Position numbers and translations under genes: made by a program
Assembly: GCA_041671565.1 (NCBI GenBank)
Contig: JBAZBH010000001.1
Location: 7,552-71,551, forward strand
Direction of reading: 5' to 3'
DNA from: Patescibacteria group bacterium
GTDB lineage: Bacteria > Patescibacteriota > Patescibacteriia > JACRDY01
DNA length: 64,000 nucleotides
The notes under the pieces: model-generated
What the model was told of the DNA's origin: nothing
The model's input: only the letters and a program-made list of their open reading frames with translations
Database searches by the model: none
Shown: positions 37,204-46,227 of the stretch, in pieces
How positions within the stretch are numbered: position 1 is the first letter of the stretch
How the letters are laid out: every line of letters starts with the position of its first letter

Positions 37204-38250
37204 TTAAACCAAATTCAAAAGCAGATTTTCCAGCGCCAACTGGGGATTAACATTTTGACTAAGCAGCCGCCGAGTGGTCTCGATCAGCCCCAACCAGTGT
37301 CGGAGTTTGCCTGAATCCACTGTAGCTATTTTAGCGGTTTTTAAGCGATCTAGCAACCACAAATTGCAAAGTCCGGGCGGAATCTCCTCCTGGCTATGGC
37401 GGATAAGAAGCGCGTCGCGGACAATACTAGCCCAGATTTCCAAATCAGCGAGCACGGAGAGCGACCGGGCAATTACGCCTTCCTCATCCTCTCCCATTTC
37501 CGCCGCCGCCAAAAACCGCTCGCGATTGCCCGCGCCGATTAAATCCAAAAATTTTGCCGCGCGATCTTTATAATCGGAGAGTGTTTCCGGCTCGCGAAAA
37601 TAGCTAATCGCCACTCCCGGCCGGCCGAGAGCCAAATAGGACAACTCATCGGCGAGGCCGCGCTCGGCGCCTAAGGTGACCAGATAGTCATAAATCGCCT
37701 CGCGGCTGACCGGCTCCAGCTTCAGTTTCTGACAACGGGACAAAATCGTCGACGGCAGATTATCAATGTTGGCGGCAAGGAGAATCAGCACCACTTGCCG
37801 GCCCGGCTCTTCCAAAAGTTTCAAGGCGGCATTGGCCGACTCGACACTCAGGAGCTCGGCCTCGGGAATCAAGGCGATTTGATAAGAATTGAGAAATGAA
37901 CTGCGACTGAGGCGGTCTTTAAATTCCCGCAAATCATCAATTTTGATATTTTTGTTCAGTTTATCGGTTTTGGGGTCGCGTAAACGATTTAAAGTGAGGA
38001 CATCCGGGTGAATGCCTTTCTCGACTTGCTGGCAGTTAAGGCAAGCGCCACAAGGCCGGCCGTCGGACAGATTAAGGCAAAGGAGCGCGGCAATAAACCC
38101 GGAACAAATTTTCTGGCGGCCCAAATGCGGCGCGCCATAAATCAAATAGGCGGATGCCACCCGGTTATTTTTGATGCTAGTTTGCAAAAAACTAACCGCC
38201 GCCTGGTGACCCACCACTCCCCAATTTTTATCCCAATCAATTTTTGCCAT
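37204..38250 (-). CDS. holB: DNA polymerase III delta' subunit
   Basis: CGAC..C, HPDV, ANAALKLLEEP, TILSRC. Confidence 0.93.
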   Translation of the reverse strand: MAKIDWDKNWGVVGHQAAVSFLQTSIKNNRVASAYLIYGAPHLGRQKICSGFIAALLCLNLSDGRPCGACLNCQQVEKGIHPDVLTLNRLRDPKTDKLNKNIKIDDLREFKDRLSRSSFLNSYQIALIPEAELLSVESANAALKLLEEPGRQVVLILLAANIDNLPSTILSRCQKLKLEPVSREAIYDYLVTLGAERGLADELSYLALGRPGVAISYFREPETLSDYKDRAAKFLDLIGAGNRERFLAAAEMGEDEEGVIARSLSVLADLEIWASIVRDALLIRHSQEEIPPGLCNLWLLDRLKTAKIATVDSGKLRHWLGLIETTRRLLSQNVNPQLALENLLLNLV

Positions 38251-38253
38251 AAG

Positions 38254-39360
38254 CTATAAAGTTTTTAAAACTTCCCAAGTTTTTTGGGCGGTCTGCTGCC
38301 AGCTGAACTCAGCCGCCCGAACTAATCCCCGCTTGATTAACTCTTGCCGGGCGCTTTCGTCATTAAACAATTTTAAAATTTCTGCAGCGATTGCTTCGGG
38401 CTTTGCCGGGTCAACTAACGCCGCCGCGCCGCCGGCCACTTCCGGACAAGCGGTGACGCTAGAAGTGATTACCGGACAGCCACAAGCCATGGCTTCCAGA
38501 ATCGGAATGCCAAAACCTTCATAAAACGACGGCAGGAGAAACATTTTGGCGGCCGCGAGTAGATAAGGCAAATTTTCATCCGCTACCCAGCCGGGCAAAA
38601 TGATTTTATCGCACGCCGGCGACTGCTCCAGCTCAACGGCAACTTGGTTGTACCAACGGCCGGGCTTACCCGCCAGCACCAGTTGGTAGTCTAGCGGTTG
38701 CAATAGATTAAAAGCGCGAATCATGCCGGGCGTGTTTTTCTTTAACTCCAGTCGGCTGATACTGAGAATAAATGGCTCTTTAATGCCATATTTGGCAAGC
38801 ACGGCCTCGATTTTCGCTCGGTCGGTAATCGGGCGGTAACGCGCCGAGTCATAAGCGAGCGGCACCACGGCGACTTTGCCTTTGGCCGCCGGATAAAACT
38901 TCAGAATATCACCCCGCGAATAAAGGGAAACCGTAAAAATCTGCCGCGCGCGGCGGCTATCCAGCCAGTTAAAAAAGTTCAGGTACAGCTTGCCCTGGGG
39001 CGAATAAGCCTCGGGCGTAGCGCGGAAAGCCACATCGTGGATAGTGACGGCGAGGCGCCGCGGACTGATAATCGGCGCCACATGCGCCGGCACAAATAGC
39101 GCGTCCGGCGCGCGCCAAATCATCTCCCAACTCAGACGAAAATGCGTCCAGAGAAACTTGGGCGGCCAGGCTAAAACCCGACTCCGCCAGTTCGCCGGCA
39201 ACTCCGCCAATTCGCCGGTTAGCGGCTCGCTGGAATACAAAACCACCTCCTGGTCCGGAGGAATGATGTTTTTCAGTTCTTGAATGAGGTGCCAAGCGTA
39301 CCATTCCACGCCGGTTTTTTGAGCGCGGTTGGCGCGCGAAGCGTCAATGCCGAGGGTCAT
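38254..39360 (-). CDS. Glycosyltransferase family 4
   Basis: TGVEWY, TIHD, EGFGIPILEAMACG. Confidence 0.93.
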   Translation of the reverse strand: MTLGIDASRANRAQKTGVEWYAWHLIQELKNIIPPDQEVVLYSSEPLTGELAELPANWRSRVLAWPPKFLWTHFRLSWEMIWRAPDALFVPAHVAPIISPRRLAVTIHDVAFRATPEAYSPQGKLYLNFFNWLDSRRARQIFTVSLYSRGDILKFYPAAKGKVAVVPLAYDSARYRPITDRAKIEAVLAKYGIKEPFILSISRLELKKNTPGMIRAFNLLQPLDYQLVLAGKPGRWYNQVAVELEQSPACDKIILPGWVADENLPYLLAAAKMFLLPSFYEGFGIPILEAMACGCPVITSSVTACPEVAGGAAALVDPAKPEAIAAEILKLFNDESARQELIKRGLVRAAEFSWQQTAQKTWEVLKTL

Positions 39361-39364
39361 AGGA

Positions 39365-39543
39365 AGAATTAAGATTTAAGAATACCTGTAGATTTGCATC
39401 TTACGGTATAACTTGGTTAAAATCACATAACACATAACATGGAACAAGGGTAGTTATAGGTCTCTTGTTATGTGTTCCATGTTATGTGATGACTTGGATA
39501 TTAGTTCAAACACGAATTACCAACATTATTAAATCCTAGATCT
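39365..39543. repeat. Nested element: family C copy 2 (39419-39490) inside a degenerate family D element
   Basis: Inner segment matches 24853-24926 at 73/74 nt; outer AGAATTAAGATTTAAGAAT ... ATTATTAAATCCTAGATCT. Confidence 0.85.
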
Positions 39544-40555
39544 ATTTTGTCGCTAGAATACTCCGTTTGTAGCTCTCCAGGTTCTCGAGCGCGATTCCCG
39601 TCCCCTTGGCAACGCAGAGTAGCGGTTCGTCGGCGACATACGCCGCCACGCCGGTGGCGCGGGAGATGAGTTGGTCGATGTTGCGGAGTAAAGCCGAGCC
39701 GCCGCTGAGAATAATGCCTTTATCAATCACATCGGCCGCCAGCTCCGGCGGAGTTTTATGCAGGACATCTTTGACCGCCACAATAATCCCTTCCAGCTCG
39801 TTTTGAATGGCGTCGGTCACATCGTCCGAGGTGACGGTAATCGTCTTGGGCAGACCCGAGACCATATCGCGGCCGCGGATTTCCATTTGCATCCGCTCTT
39901 CCAGATATAGGGCCGAGCCGATTTCAATCTTAATATCTTCGGCCGTCCGTTCGCCGATCGCCAGGCCGTATTTTTTGCGGACATGGTTACTGATCGCGGC
40001 GTCAAACTTGTTGCCGCCGATGCGGACCGAAGTGGAAGCAACAATGCCGCCGAGCGAGATAATCGCCATCTCCGAGGTGCCGCCGCCAATATCAATAATC
40101 ATGTGGCCGGAAGCCGAACCGATCGGGATATTGGCGCCAATCGCCGCCACAATCGGCTCTTTGATAATATAAGCGGCGCGGGCGCCCGCGGCAATTGTCG
40201 CGTCAATGACCGCCCGTTTCTCGGTCGAAGTAATGCCGGCCGGCACCGCCACCATCACTTCCGGCCGAAAAAGGTGCACGCCGCCAAGGGCTTTATTAAT
40301 AAAATAACGAAGCATGGCTTCGGTGGTTTTGTAGTCGGCGATCACGCCGTCTTTAAGCGGCCGTCGGGCGATAATCGTATCCGGCGTCCGGCCGATCATT
40401 TCTTTCGCCTCTTTACCCACCGCCAGAATTTTCTTGTCTAAGCGCGAAGTCGCGACTACCGAGGGTTCATTGATAATAATCCCCCGTTTCGGCACATGCA
40501 CCAAAACATTGGTGGTGCCGAGATCAATCGCGATTTTCTTGATAAATTTGAACAT
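39542..40555 (-). CDS. mreB: Rod shape-determining protein MreB (paralog 1)
   Basis: IDLGTTN, EPSVVA, DIGGGTSE, SGGSALL. Confidence 0.96.
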   Translation of the reverse strand: MFKFIKKIAIDLGTTNVLVHVPKRGIIINEPSVVATSRLDKKILAVGKEAKEMIGRTPDTIIARRPLKDGVIADYKTTEAMLRYFINKALGGVHLFRPEVMVAVPAGITSTEKRAVIDATIAAGARAAYIIKEPIVAAIGANIPIGSASGHMIIDIGGGTSEMAIISLGGIVASTSVRIGGNKFDAAISNHVRKKYGLAIGERTAEDIKIEIGSALYLEERMQMEIRGRDMVSGLPKTITVTSDDVTDAIQNELEGIIVAVKDVLHKTPPELAADVIDKGIILSGGSALLRNIDQLISRATGVAAYVADEPLLCVAKGTGIALENLESYKRSILATK

Positions 40556-40561
40556 AAATAG

Positions 40562-42463
40562 CTAATTCTTGGTAATTGTTAGCTGTCGGTCAACTCGCAA
40601 ATCCGTAGTAATCGTCTTTTCCGCGTCACCTAATTTTACTCTAATTGATGCTTCATGTCCAACCGTGCCGGCTTGCTTTTGCAGATAAAGATTGTAAGGC
40701 GCCGCGGACTGAAATTGACCTTTTAATCCGGCCGGTAACTGATAGCTAAAAACCAAAGTTTTTGTCTGCCCGGGATTAATATACCAAAAGGCGCCAAAGA
40801 CGGTTTTGCCTAATTCTTCGCTGGTATCAACCGCGCCCGGCTTACCCGGATTGTCACCGCGGTCGCTCGTGAGCGCGCCCACTGTAGAAACTAGCTGACT
40901 GCCCAGCGGCGCGTAAACTCGCGTGTAGCCCCGCCAACGGCTGGTGCGGTAATCATACTGCCCGTTGTTGGCATAAGTCAGCGTCACTGTGGCGATGAGA
41001 CGGTCTTGTTCGTCTAGCGCCAAACTGTAGTCAATTTTTTTATCCATCACCCGGTCGGTTTTCAAAGCGCCTAAGTTCGCGTCGATTACCGCCAGACAGT
41101 CAGAGTTCTCGGGCGACTTTAATTCTCCGGCCCAATTATTGGCGAGATAAATACTTTGTAGATCCGCCTGTCGGTCGTAAAACAGCAAATGCTTTTCTCG
41201 CAGGCCGGAGTTTATCTCGCGGCAAGCGCGGAGCCAGTCAGCCGCCGGCAAGGCAAAAATTTTGGCGAGCAGTTGCTGGCTAAGCTCATAAACCACATCT
41301 TTGCGGTCAGTTTTAGGCAGTCCCCGCTCAATATAATCTTGTTCCACCTCTTGCTGGAGCAAATCGCCAAAATCAGCCGCGGTAAAAACTTTTTCTTGAT
41401 AACTGAGCGGACCGGTTAACGCTAACAAATTGGCGACGAAATCCTGGTCAAAGGCAATCACGCCATCCAGCTTTTCTTTACCTCGTTCCTGACCATAAAA
41501 CCAAATCAGCTTCTCGGCTGTGGTGGGAAAATCCGGCGACCAATTAGCGTCACGGAACCACCAACTCTTAATCAAATAATCGCGGAGCGGCGCGGGCGAC
41601 GCGATATCCAGATATTTCTCCGCCGGCCGATCAAGAGCGTATGAATCCGCCGTTTGCCAGTCTTTAATCTCTCCGTCTTTAACTTTAAGAATACCGTAAA
41701 CACCAATAAACCCGCCGCTGGGGCGCAGTTCGTCGTTGTTTTGCATAATCACCAGGTAAGTCCGCTCTTGCCCTAAACCGGCGAGTCGCGGCAAGACTTG
41801 AATGGTGGAATTAATTACTTCGGTCGCATCATCTAGGAGCGACAAATAGAAGTTAACCCCGGCAACCAACTTGCCGAGCGGTGCGAGCAAATGTTGTCTG
41901 GGCATCTTTTTTAATTCCGCGCTTCCAAGCTGCCAGTCAGCCCGCACACCTTGAGCGACCGGCGCCATCCTCTGAAAAACTTTCAAGAGACTGGCTTTGT
42001 CGGCTAAAGTTAACTTGGCGTAAGTGACGCCCGGCGGCAAAGCCGCGTCCAGAGCCGCGGCGATATCCAATGATTGTTGAACGGCGGGCAGAATAAAATC
42101 ACTCGCTCTGAACAACTGGTTGATTGCTTGATAGTTTTCTCGGGCATAAGGGAGGTAGGCCGAAAAACGAAACCCCGAAAAATCGTTTCGGGCGGCGGCA
42201 ATTTTGGTTTCTAAAACCGCCAATTTTTCGCCAGCGGCGACAAAATCGTTTTCCTCTAAATCGCGGCTAATCAGCCTTAGTTGTTCTTCCGCGCCGAGCG
42301 CTTGGTTCGCTAAACGGTAGCCGCCGACCGCGCCGGCGATTGCCAGACCGCAAAACCCCATAAAAAATATGGCGGCGATCAATATAATAACTAATCTTTT
42401 AGTCATGGCTTTAAAATTAAAAAAATTATTCCCTGGGGCGCCGCGCGCCGGCGTATTTGGCAA
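40562..42463 (-). CDS. DUF4012 domain membrane-anchored protein
   Basis: QNNDELRPSGGFIG, RDANWSPDFP, YLQKQAG; start likely ATG 42406. Confidence 0.88.
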   Translation of the reverse strand: MPNTPARGAPGNNFFNFKAMTKRLVIILIAAIFFMGFCGLAIAGAVGGYRLANQALGAEEQLRLISRDLEENDFVAAGEKLAVLETKIAAARNDFSGFRFSAYLPYARENYQAINQLFRASDFILPAVQQSLDIAAALDAALPPGVTYAKLTLADKASLLKVFQRMAPVAQGVRADWQLGSAELKKMPRQHLLAPLGKLVAGVNFYLSLLDDATEVINSTIQVLPRLAGLGQERTYLVIMQNNDELRPSGGFIGVYGILKVKDGEIKDWQTADSYALDRPAEKYLDIASPAPLRDYLIKSWWFRDANWSPDFPTTAEKLIWFYGQERGKEKLDGVIAFDQDFVANLLALTGPLSYQEKVFTAADFGDLLQQEVEQDYIERGLPKTDRKDVVYELSQQLLAKIFALPAADWLRACREINSGLREKHLLFYDRQADLQSIYLANNWAGELKSPENSDCLAVIDANLGALKTDRVMDKKIDYSLALDEQDRLIATVTLTYANNGQYDYRTSRWRGYTRVYAPLGSQLVSTVGALTSDRGDNPGKPGAVDTSEELGKTVFGAFWYINPGQTKTLVFSYQLPAGLKGQFQSAAPYNLYLQKQAGTVGHEASIRVKLGDAEKTITTDLRVDRQLTITKN

Positions 42464-43229
42464 AATATTTCAGCCAGCTTTTGATATGTTCGCGGCTGGT
42501 TTTATGAAATAAGCCAAACAGCCACCAACTTTCCGCCGAAGTCCGCTGATGGTAATGCACCACTTCCGCCTCGGCGAAGTAAACTACTGAAAAACCGGCT
42601 TCCCAAAACCGCCGGCAATAATCAACATCGTCAAAATACATAAAAAACCTTTCGTCCAAAAGCCCGACTTTATCAAGGGCCGATCGGCGGATCATCTGGC
42701 AGCCGCCCAGCAACCAATCCACCTCGCGACTCTCTTTATGGTCCCAATTCATCATTAAATATCTTTCCACTTTCTGTCGCAGGCCGGGTAAACGACCGAG
42801 AATTGTCCGGCGGTAAAACGGCATCAGAAAACTGGGAAAACAATAACAGGAGTATTGCAGGGTGCCATCGGGATTAATCAACTTCGAACCGAGGATACCG
42901 ACGGCCGGATGTTCGTCCAGATATCTGACCATCTTTTCTAATTCATTGGTTAAAATCAAAATATCCGGATTAATAATCATCACATAGCGACCAGTCGCCT
43001 GTTGGAGGCCAAGGTTGTTGCCGCCGCTGTAACCCAGATTTTTTTCCGTGGCGATATATTTGACTTCCGGGAACTCGGTTCTTACCATCTCGCCGCAACC
43101 GTCACCCGAGCCGTTATCGACGACAATCACTTCGTAGGGAATTGCCAAACGCAAAAGCCGCAAGCCCTTGAGGCATTGCCGCAGGAGGCCTTTTGATTTG
43201 TAGACGAGAATGACGATGGAAAGCGACAT
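42426..43229 (-). CDS. Glycosyltransferase family 2 (WbbL-like)
   Basis: VVDNGSGD, NLGYSGGNN, INPD, FFMYFDDVD. Confidence 0.93.
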   Translation of the reverse strand: MSLSIVILVYKSKGLLRQCLKGLRLLRLAIPYEVIVVDNGSGDGCGEMVRTEFPEVKYIATEKNLGYSGGNNLGLQQATGRYVMIINPDILILTNELEKMVRYLDEHPAVGILGSKLINPDGTLQYSCYCFPSFLMPFYRRTILGRLPGLRQKVERYLMMNWDHKESREVDWLLGGCQMIRRSALDKVGLLDERFFMYFDDVDYCRRFWEAGFSVVYFAEAEVVHYHQRTSAESWWLFGLFHKTSREHIKSWLKYFAKYAGARRPRE

Positions 43230-43235
43230 AGAATT

Positions 43236-43308
43236 AGTATTCAGGGAACAGTATTCGGGGAACAGGGAAAAACGACCCCTGAATACTGTATACTGCCCCC
43301 TGAATACT
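43236..43308. repeat. Fold-back element, family F (AGTATTCAGGGAAC arms), copy 1
   Basis: AGTATTCAGGGAACAGTATTCGGGG ... CCCCTGAATACTGTATACTGCCCCCTGAATACT filling the GT2-GT2 junction. Confidence 0.88.
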
Positions 43309-44360
43309 TACTTAAACCATTGCCTCATAACCTTGGCGTCAACCTTTCTTAACCGTTTTAACTGCCGCCGTTTATGCCAAACATTGGGAATTAAGGCGAA
43401 AAACTGACCCACCGACCGGGTAGTGCCGACCTCGCATATTAGCACATAGGCGATTTTTTTCAACTCATAGCCAAGTATCCAGGGTAAGGCCCGGAAGAAA
43501 TTGCCCAAATACTCGTTTTTGGCGAGCAGGAGCCAATGATTGCGGAAAGACAGCCGGTTAACAAACCGCGACTTGCGGCGGCGGTCGCGCCAGGTAATCA
43601 GATTGCCGCCCGCGGCATGGCCAAAGCCGGTGCGGTAGTGATAGGCTTCGGCAGTGGGCAAATACAAGGCCGACCAGCCGTTTGACTGCAACCGCCAAGC
43701 GAGATCGACATCATCTTTATACATAAAAAAATCTTCATCCAGATATTCATAATAATCAGCCTCAGCCGTAAATTTTAAATTTTCTCCACGGCGGCGATTT
43801 TTGATTTTCACCGCTTCCAGGGCCGCCCGACGAAGGAGCACCAGATTACCCGATAAGCCAAAAACTTCTTCGGTTTGCTGATATTGGCCCTTATCTTCCT
43901 CACCCGCTCCCCGGTCATAAAACCGGCGCGACTGGCGAGCGAAGATTCCGGTAGTATCAATAATTTCCGGGCGAATACCCGGCGCCGCCGCCTCTGACGA
44001 ATTAATTTTTAAAACCTTGCCGCTAAGGCTACTCAACTTCGGCCGGGCGTCAGCGACCGCGATAATTTTCTCCAACCAGTCCGGCGCCAAAATCACATCT
44101 TGGTTCAGAAGCAAAACGAACTCGCTCTCCCAAAACTTGATCGCCTGATTATTGCCCTGACAAAAACCTAGATTTTTAAAATTCTGTAAAACCGTCACTT
44201 CCGGATAATCCCGCCGCAAATGCTCCACCGTGCCGTCCTGCGAGCCATTATCCACCACCAAAATTTTAAAATCGCGGTAAGTTTGGTTAAAAACCGACCG
44301 CAGACAGTCGTCGAGGTATTTGATGGCGTTGTAGGTGACGATATTTATAGACACTTTCAT
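43308..44360 (-). CDS. Glycosyltransferase family 2
   Basis: VVDNGSQD, NLGFCQGNN, LNQD, FFMYKDDVDLAWR. Confidence 0.93.
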   Translation of the reverse strand: MKVSINIVTYNAIKYLDDCLRSVFNQTYRDFKILVVDNGSQDGTVEHLRRDYPEVTVLQNFKNLGFCQGNNQAIKFWESEFVLLLNQDVILAPDWLEKIIAVADARPKLSSLSGKVLKINSSEAAAPGIRPEIIDTTGIFARQSRRFYDRGAGEEDKGQYQQTEEVFGLSGNLVLLRRAALEAVKIKNRRRGENLKFTAEADYYEYLDEDFFMYKDDVDLAWRLQSNGWSALYLPTAEAYHYRTGFGHAAGGNLITWRDRRRKSRFVNRLSFRNHWLLLAKNEYLGNFFRALPWILGYELKKIAYVLICEVGTTRSVGQFFALIPNVWHKRRQLKRLRKVDAKVMRQWFK

Positions 44361-44378
44361 ATTAAAAAGTTATTCATT

Positions 44379-44470
44379 CCCTACGAATTACGAATTAGCG
44401 CGAATGTACGAATTACGAATCGCCGTGGTGGCTGGATTCGTACATTCGCGCTAATTCGTTATTCGTAGGG
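44379..44470. repeat. Fold-back element with ACGAATT arms (family A-related)
   Basis: CCCTACGAATTACGAATTAGCGCGAATGTACGAAT ... ATTCGTACATTCGCGCTAATTCGTTATTCGTAGGG. Confidence 0.9.
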
Positions 44471-44471
44471 G

Positions 44472-46130
44472 CTAATATATTTCTTTTCTGTAGCACTCTT
44501 CGCAATAAACCTTTTCCGGCCGGTCCGGCGCGTAGGTGGTTTCAAATTCATTAGCGCAGCCGGGCCTCATGCATTGGCGATGATAAAGCCGGCGGGGATT
44601 ATTATGCCAGGATAACTGTTTAAGATGGCGGCAACCCGGACATAGGCGCGGCAAAGGCAACTTTTGCGCTCGATAAAATTTTAACTCTTGCGTGATAATT
44701 TTGTAATTGCGTTGGCAGGCATGGCAAGCCAAAATTTCATTGACGATTGAATCCGGCGCTTCCCCAATTTTATCCGGCAATTCTTTGATGATTTCTTTGC
44801 CTTTGGTAATAAAAATATCATCGCGCCAATTATAACCTTGCCTTAGTGCCTCGTCTTTAGTCAAAGGAAAAAAATTCTGCGCTTCGGTTTCATTATAGCC
44901 AAAAGGTGAAAATTGGGGCGGGAAAAACTCGCCGTATTCCCCATCTTGCTTCATCTGGGCGATAATCTGCTGTTTTAATTTCCGATATTCGCTTTCAGTA
45001 TATTGTTTATTTAAAATACAGAAACGCTGGCCCTTTAAGCCGGAACAGCCAAAACAATCTTTCACATTATGGCTATGCGACAGATATTGGCAATCATTGA
45101 CCGTATAAGTCATGTAAGAAAAATAGGTATTATAACCCTGGCCGATGCCTTGAATTTCATAGAGCAGTTCGCTGCCCACTGGCTGACCAAAACCATAAGA
45201 ATCACGGCAATCTTTCACACCCTCGCAGCCCCAGCAATTAACCAAATCTTCGCCGTCGATCACAAGAAAACAACTTTGGCAGTTTTTAGCGTTAAGCAAA
45301 TAATCGCCGGTAGAGTTAACAACTTTGTTAATTTCGGCGAATTTATGGATAATTTGGCTTTTAGTTTTTTCAAACTCTTTTTCTAAAACGGAAAACTGTT
45401 GAAAGCTGGAAAAATCAATCTCTTGAATCTTCTTTTGATACTCTGTTTCGGTTAGTTGCTGGCCGCGGAAAACATATTTCTGGTTGCGCAGGTTAAAACT
45501 CATAAAACAATCTTGGCAACCGTGGCAATTGTAACAAAACTTTAAATTGTAAGAGTTTTGGCAGTTAATGGCGTGCAGGCAATTAAAACATTGGAAACAC
45601 CAAAAACATTGGTAACAGAGTTCGCAGTTTTTATACATCATGTAGCTGTCCACAATATCTTTACTGTTAAACACCCAATGAGAATAAAAACAATCTTCGG
45701 CAAAAAAAATCACGCTGCAAGAATAGCAATTTTTATCATTGCCGGAATGGGCAGTATAATCGGAGTTGATGTTATTTTGGGATAAAAGCGCGGCTTTAGG
45801 CACAGCTAAAAATAATTCTTGCCATTGTTCGAAGAACGGCCGATTTTTGTCCCACTCGCGGCCATAAGCCTGCGAATCCCACTGGTCGCCCCACCAACAG
45901 TCGCGGCAATAAACCGGAAATTTGTTTTCCGGATGATAAACCGAGATTATTGGCTTTTGGCAAAAATCGCAATTTCGTTGATATAAAACTTGTGGATTTC
46001 TAAAAGCCAGTTTCCGTTGCATGCGGCAAGCCGGACACCACGACGGCTCGGGCACACTAATTTTATTATAAAACTGCCGATCGCTGTCGGTGATAATAAA
46101 CTCGGTTTGGCAACTTTTACAGATTGGCAT
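44472..46130 (-). CDS. Cys-rich zinc-ribbon/repeat protein (CPR-type), paralog 1
   Basis: N-terminal CxxC pairs, central CxxCxxC repeats, ILNKQY, C-terminal YCEECYRKEIY. Confidence 0.85.
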   Translation of the reverse strand: MPICKSCQTEFIITDSDRQFYNKISVPEPSWCPACRMQRKLAFRNPQVLYQRNCDFCQKPIISVYHPENKFPVYCRDCWWGDQWDSQAYGREWDKNRPFFEQWQELFLAVPKAALLSQNNINSDYTAHSGNDKNCYSCSVIFFAEDCFYSHWVFNSKDIVDSYMMYKNCELCYQCFWCFQCFNCLHAINCQNSYNLKFCYNCHGCQDCFMSFNLRNQKYVFRGQQLTETEYQKKIQEIDFSSFQQFSVLEKEFEKTKSQIIHKFAEINKVVNSTGDYLLNAKNCQSCFLVIDGEDLVNCWGCEGVKDCRDSYGFGQPVGSELLYEIQGIGQGYNTYFSYMTYTVNDCQYLSHSHNVKDCFGCSGLKGQRFCILNKQYTESEYRKLKQQIIAQMKQDGEYGEFFPPQFSPFGYNETEAQNFFPLTKDEALRQGYNWRDDIFITKGKEIIKELPDKIGEAPDSIVNEILACHACQRNYKIITQELKFYRAQKLPLPRLCPGCRHLKQLSWHNNPRRLYHRQCMRPGCANEFETTYAPDRPEKVYCEECYRKEIY

Positions 46131-46135
46131 AATTA

Positions 46136-46223
46136 AGTATTCAGGGAACAGTATTCAGTATTCAGGGAACTATATCCATGAACGGCGGATACGAACCCCT
46201 GAATACTGAATACCGTTCCCTGA
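46136..46223. repeat. Fold-back element, family F, copy 2
   Basis: AGTATTCAGGGAACAGTATTCAGTATTCAGGG ... CCCTGAATACTGAATACCGTTCCCTGA. Confidence 0.88.
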
Positions 46224-46227
46224 TCCC

